32,000 nt of DNA, from the NCBI GenBank assembly GCA_008080745.1, contig SHMX01000001.1:240001-272000 (forward strand), written 5' to 3'. The notes under the pieces are model-generated. The model saw only the letters and a list, made by a program, of their open reading frames with translations. It ran no database searches and was not told where the DNA came from. Position 1 is the first letter of the stretch. Each line of letters begins with the position of its first letter. Below are positions 16,942 through 25,614 of the stretch, one piece after another. This DNA is from Candidatus Thorarchaeota archaeon (GTDB lineage Archaea; Asgardarchaeota; Thorarchaeia; Thorarchaeales; Thorarchaeaceae). A program made the translations under genes and the position numbers.

Positions 16942-19023
16942 GTGTCTCATCTATACAAGAAATTTGTTTCCGAACGAGTTATTGGTCTTGTTAATGCAAC
17001 CAATAGGATCAGAAATTGCACTGTAATAGCGCATATAGATCACGGAAAAACAACTCTGACTGATTCCTTGATAGCTGCATCGGGTCTTCTATCAAAAGAA
17101 GTAGCCGCAAGTGCACGATTGATGGATTATGATATGATTGAACAGGAGAGAGGTATTACAATCAAGGCATCTAGTATCTCACTGATCCATGATTTCGATG
17201 GTGAAGAGCATCTGATTCATCTCATAGACACACCCGGACATATAGACTTCTCTAGCCATGTCACAAGAGGATTGAGGATGACCGATGGGGCAATTGTGGT
17301 GGTTGATGTCATAGAGGGAATAATGGTTCAGACTGAAACTGTAACACGACAGGCTTTGGATGAGCTTGTTCGACCTATACTATTTGTCAATAAGGTTGAT
17401 AGGTTGATCACAGAGAAAAAATTAGATGTCATGAAGATTGCAAAAGAGATTAACAAGACCGTAAAAGAGTACAATGACCTTCTTGGTAAATATCTTTCAG
17501 AAGAGGAGTTGGAAAAGTGGGATATTTCATTTGTTTCAGGAAACCTTAGCATTGGATCAGCCCTCGATAAATGGGGATTTGGACTAGATATACTGATGAA
17601 AAAAGCTGGGACTAAACGACCAAAAGATTTAGCATCGGCATTTATTGAGATTCTCCAAGAGATTGTTGAAATCTACAAAGCAGGAAGAGAGAAAGAACTT
17701 GCGGAAAAGTATCCTGTTGCGAAAGTAGTGCTTGATTCAGTAGTAAAGAAGTTGCCAAGTCCGAAAGAGGCACAATTGTACAGAGTACCTAAATTCTGGA
17801 CCGAAATTGCTGACTCGAGTATTTATGAGAATATGATAGAATGCAGCTCTGAAGGGCCCTGTGTTGTGGTTGTCAGTAATGTCCAACCAGACAGGCATGC
17901 TGGTAATGTAGCCACTGTACGAGTATATTCTGGAACACTAAGAAGAGGAACACCGTTAAGAAATATCAGAACCAATCAAGTTGACAAGAGTCTGCAGATA
18001 GGAATACAGATGGTCAAAGCAAGAGCAGCACTACAAGAAGTGCCTGCTGGAAATCTTGCCTTTGTGACAGGGGTGAAAGGAGTAGCAATAGGTGATACAT
18101 TGGTAGATGATGTGAAGGATACAATCCAAGCTATGTCTGTTCTCCAGTATCCAACTGAGCCCGTAGTAACCTATACTATTGAACCAAAGAAACTTTCAGA
18201 ATTAGGATCTATTGCGGACCCTATTGAAGAATATGCACAAACAGATCCAGCATTAGAATTCGAACTCAATCCTGAAACCGGAGAGATGCTCCTGTCAGGA
18301 GCAGGGGAGCTACATGTAGAAATCAGTATGAAAATGCTGGAGAGGAAAGGTGTCGAGATAAGATTAGGACGACCGATGGTTCTGCTAAAGGAACAGCTGA
18401 CTCAAGGTGGGGAACCATGTTCTGCAGGAAGTATACCTCATAGCGAATTTACGGTGGTAGCTGCTATCACCCCGGAGGGAGAAAAGGAGTTCGAGGGACC
18501 GGTACTTGCTAAGAACTCTCAGACTGATTGTTATTTGATTGATAAGACTAATTCAATTAATTCTGCAAGCGATGAAGCTGAATGGATTCGAGAAGGGTTC
18601 AGATATTTGATTCAACAGGGACCTGTAAAAGGGGAAAGAATGAGAAGACTCACACTCAATATTGAAAGAGTTAGATTGAGAAGCGAGGTGCCCGAAACAT
18701 CATGGACAGATGTAACATCTCCGTTCATTCGTGCATCACGAGCCAGCATCAAGACAGGAAAACCGCAAGTGCTTGAACCGTGGATCAAGATGGAATTCAG
18801 CAGTCCCGAGGAGTATGTGGGAACACTCACATCAATTTTAGCAAAGCGAAAAGGAAGAATCATCACAATCGACTCGCTAAGAACGCTATACAGGGTAGAG
18901 GCAGAGTTACCAGTAAGCGAATCCTTTGGATTGGCAAATGAGATGAGAACAGCAACTTCTGGGTGGGTCTCGTGGGGTGCAGAAGCAGGAGGATATAGGG
19001 CCCTTGATGCAAAATACGAATGA
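16942..19023 (+). CDS. Translation elongation factor 2 paralog (aEF-2p-like), diphthamide motif absent
   Basis: AHIDHGKTT, ERGITI, DTPGH, NKVD G motifs; domain III EPVV..EP..DP..GELHVEI; domain V VLEPW...ESFG; no HxDxxHRG loop in domain IV. Confidence 0.9.
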   Translation: MSHLYKKFVSERVIGLVNATNRIRNCTVIAHIDHGKTTLTDSLIAASGLLSKEVAASARLMDYDMIEQERGITIKASSISLIHDFDGEEHLIHLIDTPGHIDFSSHVTRGLRMTDGAIVVVDVIEGIMVQTETVTRQALDELVRPILFVNKVDRLITEKKLDVMKIAKEINKTVKEYNDLLGKYLSEEELEKWDISFVSGNLSIGSALDKWGFGLDILMKKAGTKRPKDLASAFIEILQEIVEIYKAGREKELAEKYPVAKVVLDSVVKKLPSPKEAQLYRVPKFWTEIADSSIYENMIECSSEGPCVVVVSNVQPDRHAGNVATVRVYSGTLRRGTPLRNIRTNQVDKSLQIGIQMVKARAALQEVPAGNLAFVTGVKGVAIGDTLVDDVKDTIQAMSVLQYPTEPVVTYTIEPKKLSELGSIADPIEEYAQTDPALEFELNPETGEMLLSGAGELHVEISMKMLERKGVEIRLGRPMVLLKEQLTQGGEPCSAGSIPHSEFTVVAAITPEGEKEFEGPVLAKNSQTDCYLIDKTNSINSASDEAEWIREGFRYLIQQGPVKGERMRRLTLNIERVRLRSEVPETSWTDVTSPFIRASRASIKTGKPQVLEPWIKMEFSSPEEYVGTLTSILAKRKGRIITIDSLRTLYRVEAELPVSESFGLANEMRTATSGWVSWGAEAGGYRALDAKYE

Positions 19024-19024
19024 T

Positions 19025-21313
19025 TCACTGACGAAGATAATAACGTTTATTCATCTCTTGACCTAAACGATTTAGAACCCGTCTGTCAACTAAAGCAATA
19101 TTGTCCATCATAATCAATGCACGAGTGATATTGGAAAATACAGCATTTAGGTAGGGTTGTGCCTGTGAGAATTCAGACTGCTCCACCATCTGAAGGTAGG
19201 CTTCTGCAATTTTAGTTAGTCCCAACCAATCTTCTGTAAGAATAAAATCGAACCTTGCAGGTACTTCTATTTTGGTAAGTTTATCTTCACCCCATTCAAT
19301 ATCAGAATTATAGTGGGTCTGCAAAGCTAGAGCAAAGCGAAGGAGAATATTTGCTAGAGAACCCGCAGTTGCAGTGATAAATTCAGAGGACTCGTCGTAA
19401 TCCGTTTCAACTCGGGAAACTACATCAAAAGCTTTTGCTGATTGATAGAGTCCATTGGATAATTTAGAATAATCATGATTATCATAAAACGCCTTGATAG
19501 TTTGGGCAAGATTAGTCTGTCCAATCCAATAATGTGCCAAGAGGTCATCTACTTGATGAAGTGCACTGTCAACTGGCTCATGGATTGTCACCCCCATTTG
19601 CAGGTTAATTGTTTCAAGGTTCATCTTTGCGATAGCCATGGCAGATAGAAGGTGACAGACATCAGCCAAGGCTTTATTCTCCTTGGCAAATCTTCGAGTC
19701 TCATCTCTCAAATCTTTCCAAGACGACTCGACATAGGGAATAAGTAGAGAGAGACCACGAATGAAAACAGTATCACCATCCACCTGATAATCAGATAACA
19801 TTCTATTCAGATCATCAAATAATCGCAGAAGTCGAGGGTTAAGTGGTTCATTGTGTCGAAGAGTTAGCCAGACAATATCATAAGTGGCAATAGCAACTTC
19901 GATAAAAGTACGAGTATCTGTCGGGAATAAGGGAACGTATTGAGTAAGGATCATCCTTAATTGTTCTTGATAATCGCCCTCGTTCATGCGCAGGTCCAAT
20001 AGTTTTCTACCTAGGAGAGTTCCAAGAAGTTCTATTTCTGCAATTGAACCAATTTTTCTTAGTTCTTCTCGTATCTGAATAGACCGATCAAAGGCCTCTT
20101 GCCCGATAGACCAGAACTCATCAGATTCCGTGGATAGACAAATCCAACCAAGAGCATTTTCAGTTCTTCCAAGTTCAATCCTGATATCACGGTCAAATTT
20201 TTCCAATTTGACTAATACTGATTTTGCCCGAGACATAAACTCAACACTACGAGTTAAATTTTCATGGTCACCAAGCATGCCATGAGAAAATCCCAGACAG
20301 ACCAGACATTTGTAATGGTTCAAGATTTGATTAGGGTTTGATTCGTCTAATGTTTCATAGAAATCTAAGGATTCAGATAACCATTCGATAGCTTGTGGAA
20401 CCCCTTCTCGCCATCCGTTTGCAAGGATATTAGACCCAATGATGACTCCTGCTAATGCAGTAAAATCTTCATCACACTCACCAGCTTCTACCGCCTCTTT
20501 ACAGGCCTTTGCAGATTTCTTTGCTAAGGCTCTCGCAGTATCATAAGGAACAGATTCATCCCGTGTTTCATTTACACTTAGTTGCAACAATACAGATGCA
20601 GTAAGAATGGGCTTTTTCAACTCTTCAGCCTGTTTTTCTAAATCTCTTAGTAGTTTTCGAGCTTCATCATACATTCCAAGCTCAGTAAGTACAAGAGATG
20701 CATTTAGACTAACTTCGATATTGAGATCATCAAGTCCTAGTTTCTTGGTTCGTCGCATGAGAGAGTTCAGTAAAGCATCTGCACAGTCGAATAAACCCAC
20801 TTCAATCAACTTCCAAGCGAGTTGATGAGCTTCGTGTAATGTCATTATTGAAGAGAATCTGTGGCCACGGCTCAGAATGGCATCAACAATTGTAATAACT
20901 TGATCCGTCAAGAAAGGTATCAGAGGACGAAGATTAAGCCTTAAGGCGCTCTCCATACCCATTCCATATTCCCCCATTATGTCGAGCAGCTGGGGAATGG
21001 CATCCATATCAGGAAGGATATCCAGCTCGCTCAGACGATAGCCACTGGTATAGCGGGTATCAAGAAGAAGAAGGAGTTCTGGTAGAACCCGATCTTCACT
21101 GAATGATAGACGAACAACAAGTTCAGTAAGCTTGGTATTAGCGACCTCGGGACGGCGTAAAATTATTTCTTCAATTGACCGTGCAATCTCAAAATAGAGC
21201 TCAGAATCAGTAGATGCACTAATGCCTAAAGTTTGTATAGTTGATAATCCATCATCAAGAGACATTGATGCATATAGTATGTCTCGAATGGTGGCATTGA
21301 GTGCTGACTCCAA
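19025..21313 (-). CDS. Large alpha-helical repeat (TPR/solenoid-like) hypothetical protein
   Basis: 762-aa Leu/Ala-rich ORF with TPR-like segments (LTELGMYDEARKLL; LGRTENALGWI...AFDRSIQIREEL). Confidence 0.7.
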   Translation of the reverse strand: MESALNATIRDILYASMSLDDGLSTIQTLGISASTDSELYFEIARSIEEIILRRPEVANTKLTELVVRLSFSEDRVLPELLLLLDTRYTSGYRLSELDILPDMDAIPQLLDIMGEYGMGMESALRLNLRPLIPFLTDQVITIVDAILSRGHRFSSIMTLHEAHQLAWKLIEVGLFDCADALLNSLMRRTKKLGLDDLNIEVSLNASLVLTELGMYDEARKLLRDLEKQAEELKKPILTASVLLQLSVNETRDESVPYDTARALAKKSAKACKEAVEAGECDEDFTALAGVIIGSNILANGWREGVPQAIEWLSESLDFYETLDESNPNQILNHYKCLVCLGFSHGMLGDHENLTRSVEFMSRAKSVLVKLEKFDRDIRIELGRTENALGWICLSTESDEFWSIGQEAFDRSIQIREELRKIGSIAEIELLGTLLGRKLLDLRMNEGDYQEQLRMILTQYVPLFPTDTRTFIEVAIATYDIVWLTLRHNEPLNPRLLRLFDDLNRMLSDYQVDGDTVFIRGLSLLIPYVESSWKDLRDETRRFAKENKALADVCHLLSAMAIAKMNLETINLQMGVTIHEPVDSALHQVDDLLAHYWIGQTNLAQTIKAFYDNHDYSKLSNGLYQSAKAFDVVSRVETDYDESSEFITATAGSLANILLRFALALQTHYNSDIEWGEDKLTKIEVPARFDFILTEDWLGLTKIAEAYLQMVEQSEFSQAQPYLNAVFSNITRALIMMDNIALVDRRVLNRLGQEMNKRYYLRQ

Positions 21314-21367
21314 TTTTCTTTCTCCTATCAGTTATCTTTGCTCTAATATTATCTGCCAATAAGTCTT

Positions 21368-22078
21368 TCATTTAGAACCAATGATGAAGGGGTGCCATTC
21401 TCGTGATGTATCTGTACCGCGCATTCGTTCCATCCGAACACAAAATTTGGAATCTTCACAGTCTGTGTTGAAGCGAAGCACCGCATCAGCAAGATAGGAA
21501 AAAGTTGCATAGGTCTTATCATCATGTACACCTTCTTCAAGGATGAACATAATGCTATGCGAATTTTGTGTTACCCTTCCACTCAACCTTTGCATAGATC
21601 GTGGCATTGTCAAGGGATTAGAATGAAGTATGAGTGTTGAGAGGCTATCTACAACAATTCTTGCACATACCAACCCCTCTAGGGCATCAAAAAGAATGAT
21701 TCCTAACTCACTAATATCATCAATCTTTGATAGAGAATATGATGCACCCGTCATAGGGGCACCCATCCGTTCAGAATAACCATCTATGAAGATAAATTGA
21801 CTACTAAGTTCGTATTCTTCAACAGACCATCCATGTCGACTCATATCATTCCTTATGACCCTAGGAGATACATCAGTTGTAACAAAAATTGCGGGAAACC
21901 CAAGTTTTAGTCCTTCAGCAAGAAACGCCTCTGCATAAGTTGTTTTCCCAGATCCAAGAGGCCCAAGCAGCATGTATGAAACTTGAGTAAGCTGTCCAAA
22001 CTTAACGAGATCGCTAATCATAGGGCTAGCTATCGGGTTACTGCTAGTGGACATTGATTGTGTTGCTTCTTTCTCCAC
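21368..22078 (-). CDS. KaiC-like / RAD55 RecA-superfamily ATPase (degenerate catalytic-Glu site)
   Basis: Walker A GPLGSGKT, Walker B VVDSLS, RMRGT arginine finger; FVTTD in place of the usual xVTxEE. Confidence 0.85.
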   Translation of the reverse strand: MEKEATQSMSTSSNPIASPMISDLVKFGQLTQVSYMLLGPLGSGKTTYAEAFLAEGLKLGFPAIFVTTDVSPRVIRNDMSRHGWSVEEYELSSQFIFIDGYSERMGAPMTGASYSLSKIDDISELGIILFDALEGLVCARIVVDSLSTLILHSNPLTMPRSMQRLSGRVTQNSHSIMFILEEGVHDDKTYATFSYLADAVLRFNTDCEDSKFCVRMERMRGTDTSREWHPFIIGSK

Positions 22079-22099
22079 ATTTGGAACCTCATTATGATA

Positions 22100-22849
22100 T
22101 TATACACCCGGACTTATTTCACCTGGCCATACTCTTATACCTTCGTCAGTGATTCTCATAGAATGAATCCGTGAACTATGTTTCGAACCCCGCAGTTTGA
22201 GAACCTCTACTGAACGTGATCGAGTAGTTTCACTAATTTTTTCGTTATAGAGTACTATCACACCGGAGGCCAGGAATGCCTCGATATCAAAAACCCCAAG
22301 ACCATCATTTTGAGCTGGAATCTCACTTGTAAGAAGGAGAGTACAACCAGAACGAGTAATATTTGCGGTCAACTTGAAAAATTCTTCACGGAGGATATCT
22401 CGGCTTTTGAATTTATACGCCATGATAGATAGGGTGTCAATGACAACACGTTTTGCTTTCATTCGCTTAACGTGATTCAGTATGATTGCTTCCAGACCGG
22501 ATAGATCAAAACTGGGATATTCGCCGATACTAACTGGTGTAGCTTCTTTTGATGGAGAAAGGTCCACTATAGCAAGCATTCCTTCTTCCTCCAATTTTCC
22601 AAAATCCATTCCAAAACGCATCATATTACGCTTAATCTTCTCAGGAGATTCTTCTAGAGTCACCAGAACTCCTGGTTCACTATACTCTATAGCGCCCCGA
22701 TAAAGGAACTGGTTAGCAAGAATGCTTTTCCCAGTGCCAGCCTTCCCAGCAATTAGTATAGTATCACCTAGGGGAAATCCTCCCTCAATCAATTCATCAA
22801 GACCAGGGATACCTGTTTTTACTCGCTCTATTGAATAGTCATCAGACAT
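22100..22849 (-). CDS. KaiC-like RecA-superfamily ATPase
   Basis: KTGIPGLDELIEGG, GKAGTGKS, VTLEE, VVIDT, LLLTSE, KLRGSKH. Confidence 0.93.
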   Translation of the reverse strand: MSDDYSIERVKTGIPGLDELIEGGFPLGDTILIAGKAGTGKSILANQFLYRGAIEYSEPGVLVTLEESPEKIKRNMMRFGMDFGKLEEEGMLAIVDLSPSKEATPVSIGEYPSFDLSGLEAIILNHVKRMKAKRVVIDTLSIMAYKFKSRDILREEFFKLTANITRSGCTLLLTSEIPAQNDGLGVFDIEAFLASGVIVLYNEKISETTRSRSVEVLKLRGSKHSSRIHSMRITDEGIRVWPGEISPGV

Positions 22850-23166
22850 TATTTTGCACCTCGTCGCTGTCTAGCTTTTGCTCCCAGTATCATTTTGAAA
22901 ATCATCCCAGGCTCGGGAATACCTGTGACCGATACGCCGCCGATCATAATGGTCGGAAGAGCAAAGACCCCATATTCCTCTCCTTTTTCAGGATTCTTAC
23001 TTACATTTATTGTTTCTAGACGAAATGTATTCTCTTCGAAATCACCTATCGTTTCAAGCAGAACTTCTTCTGCTCGAGGACAAAATGCACATGTATCGGA
23101 CTTGAAGAAGACAATCTCGATTCTGGTGTCTTCATCATTTGCTTCTATGCTATCGTTGTTCGACAC
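22849..23166 (-). CDS. Thioredoxin-fold protein (CAFC), KaiB-resembling
   Basis: VFFKSDTCAFCP..., INVSKNP..GEEYGVFALPTI. GTG at 23166 follows an AGGAG RBS. The stop codon overlaps the kaiC-like ATG. Confidence 0.82.
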   Translation of the reverse strand: MSNNDSIEANDEDTRIEIVFFKSDTCAFCPRAEEVLLETIGDFEENTFRLETINVSKNPEKGEEYGVFALPTIMIGGVSVTGIPEPGMIFKMILGAKARQRRGAK

Positions 23167-23256
23167 AATATGCACTCCTAGAATAGGATAACTTCGAACA
23201 TCACTCGTGATAGAAATCACTTGAATCTTTTGACGGGGTTGAATATCAACTGTTAC

Positions 23257-23640
23257 TTACCGATATCCCAGTATTCTACGTATTCTGGTTCCTGCCTTCC
23301 CAATAGGTCGTGCATGATATCTCACATTTCGGGGCATTATAGCAGCCAAGATAAGAGGTTGATATCCTTTTGCGGACACTTTTTTGAATACTGCTTTCCC
23401 CATAGAACAGCGCACCGCAATGTCTTTTAAATCGCCTAGATTCAACTCATTTCTCATTCGCTCTACAGAATCAGCTACATAACCAGACATTGCTGCTACA
23501 ACTTCACGATTCGTTGTGGGAGATGCAGCTGATGCCAGCAGAAGCCCATCATCCCGAGCCAATATCGAGGCAATAAAGCCTCCCTCTTTATTCATTTTCT
23601 CTAATACTTCTGCCAAGGCACGGTAGTCTGGTCTTTCCAT
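23257..23640 (-). CDS. Roadblock/LC7 (MglB-like) domain protein
   Basis: ASILARDDGLLLAS...AAM...ERMRNELNLGDLKDIAV..SMGK roadblock pattern. ATG at 23640 preferred. Confidence 0.88.
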   Translation of the reverse strand: MERPDYRALAEVLEKMNKEGGFIASILARDDGLLLASAASPTTNREVVAAMSGYVADSVERMRNELNLGDLKDIAVRCSMGKAVFKKVSAKGYQPLILAAIMPRNVRYHARPIGKAGTRIRRILGYR

Positions 23641-23809
23641 GTTATTACCCCTAGACTTCTGGTCACATTCTCGATTGCGCAATTCCTTATTAAATCATAG
23701 CGTTCCTAATTTGTATAGACAAGAGATAAAAAAGAGAACATGAAAGCATATTTACAGTATTGTTTTAAGTATCAATATCTATCATGGGACAATACGAGGG
23801 AACAGGAAC

Positions 23810-24361
23810 ATGTCAGCCGAATATCGCTTTAAGATTGTGATGCTGGGAGATGGTGCTGTCGGTAAAACAGCACTAACCACACGGTTCACACAAGATCATT
23901 TCGAAACTGACTATAAGCGAACTATAGGCAGTGATTTTGCTGTTAAACGATTAGAGGTGGAGGAAAGGAACGCCAATGTCACCTTGCAGGTTTGGGATCT
24001 TGCGGGACAGAAGAGATTCGAGATTGTTCGGCAGTCCTTCTATCGTGGTGCAAGAGGTGGACTATTGGTCTATGACGTCACCAGAAGACGTACTTTCATG
24101 AATCTTGAAACATGGAAAAAAGAGGCATACGAGAATGTTGGTAAAGAAATTCCTTTGGTCATCGTAGCTAACAAGGTAGACCTTGAAGATAGTAGAGTGG
24201 TTACGACGGAGGAAGGTAAAACATATGCGGAAGGCCAAGGTTTTCTCTATGCAGAGTCAAGTGCGCTAACAGGCAAGAATGTCGAAGAGGCATACAAAAA
24301 ACTATGTATGGCGATGATTGATACCTCAAAGGAACAAAAAGACTCGAAAACAATGATATAG
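23810..24361 (+). CDS. Rab-like small GTPase
   Basis: G1 GDGAVGKT, G2 TIG, G3 WDLAGQ, G4 NKVD, G5 SA; RabF-like IGSDF, FYRGA, LVYDVT. Confidence 0.95.
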   Translation: MSAEYRFKIVMLGDGAVGKTALTTRFTQDHFETDYKRTIGSDFAVKRLEVEERNANVTLQVWDLAGQKRFEIVRQSFYRGARGGLLVYDVTRRRTFMNLETWKKEAYENVGKEIPLVIVANKVDLEDSRVVTTEEGKTYAEGQGFLYAESSALTGKNVEEAYKKLCMAMIDTSKEQKDSKTMI

Positions 24362-24367
24362 ATTCAT

Positions 24368-25495
24368 CTATACTTTCCGAGGTCTTCCCTTCAGTAAACC
24401 AAGAGCATTCTTACATTGCCACATGATATAGAATACCCGTTTGTCACGAAGAGTTCGCTCATCATATCTATCTCGCAATTCGTGAAACTTCTGAACATGT
24501 GCCTCACGTTTTGCTCCTTCGGAATCAGATTCTATCTCCTCAAGAAGGTCTTGGAAAGGTCTGAGAAACGCTTCTAGTTCTTTTACTTCCCACCGAATAA
24601 GTGCACCAGCACCATCTGAGCTGATAAACTGTTTGCTATCAGGATACCATATTAGTTCATCAACCTCACCTATGAGAGATGCTTCGCCTTCTACAGTACC
24701 ACTTTCAAGGCTCCAAACATAGACATCTTTATCATTTGAGCCCGATGCAAGGTATTTTAGGTCAGAGCTGAAAGATACCGCTCGAACCTCATCTGTATGC
24801 CCCAATAGAGTCTTTTCTTCTTCTAGCTTGTCCTTTGTTGCATCCCAGACAATGATGCTCAAATCCGAAGAACCCGATGCTGCCTTTGAGCCATCTCGGG
24901 AGAATCTGATTGTCTTTACTGCAGTACGATGATATTGAATCATCTCGATTGGTTTCTCGGAATTTGGATTCCAGATTCCAATCTTTGCATCAACTCCACC
25001 AGAGATGATACGATTACCAGTAGGATCCCAATCACATGTCACAACATAGAGGTCGTGACCTTTGAGGGTTCTAATCCGGGCTTGTTCATCTACATCCCAA
25101 ATACCAAGAGTAGTATCTCCACTACCGGAAACGAGACGATCTCCATCTGGAGAGAAGGAGAGGGCTAGAATAGGATAGGAATGTCCCTCTAACGTGGCAA
25201 TACAATCACCCGTCCGGATATCCCAGAATTTTATGACCCGTTCAACACTTCCTGATGCCACAATATCTCCACGAGGGGAAAATGCAAGTGAAGTACACAG
25301 TGCATCGTCTTGGAATCGTTGAATTTCCTCTCCCTCCTGAGAATCCAATAGACGAATGGTCTTGTCCTGCAGACCTATAGCAATGAGCCGTCCAACTTGA
25401 TTCATTGTGCATCTTCGAGTAATTTCTGACCCGTGTTCAGCACGTGTTTTCAAAGAGGTGGGTTGGAGAAATAGAGAGAGTTCCTTTGATTCCAT
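24368..25495 (-). CDS. WD40-repeat beta-propeller protein with helical C-terminal extension
   Basis: About seven repeats (GH...SFSPDG..LVSGSGDTTLGIWD; GH..EV.AVSFS...ASGS.DK.V.VW). Confidence 0.95.
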   Translation of the reverse strand: MESKELSLFLQPTSLKTRAEHGSEITRRCTMNQVGRLIAIGLQDKTIRLLDSQEGEEIQRFQDDALCTSLAFSPRGDIVASGSVERVIKFWDIRTGDCIATLEGHSYPILALSFSPDGDRLVSGSGDTTLGIWDVDEQARIRTLKGHDLYVVTCDWDPTGNRIISGGVDAKIGIWNPNSEKPIEMIQYHRTAVKTIRFSRDGSKAASGSSDLSIIVWDATKDKLEEEKTLLGHTDEVRAVSFSSDLKYLASGSNDKDVYVWSLESGTVEGEASLIGEVDELIWYPDSKQFISSDGAGALIRWEVKELEAFLRPFQDLLEEIESDSEGAKREAHVQKFHELRDRYDERTLRDKRVFYIMWQCKNALGLLKGRPRKV

Positions 25496-25614
25496 TTAGT
25501 TCACCATCTGGATTGAGTGGCTCTACAACAGCCCATCAAAGATTTGATGCTAAAAAGATTGTGAATAGAGAAATAGCATAGTAAATTAGCACAAACATTA
25601 TTTGAACTGACTAA

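Noticed and set aside
21368-22849. Calling the ATPases true circadian kaiC or radA/radB
   Set aside because: They are single-domain proteins with no kaiA and no clear CII S/T phosphosite pair, and they lack the RadA N-terminal HhH domain. Only 'KaiC-like' is supported.
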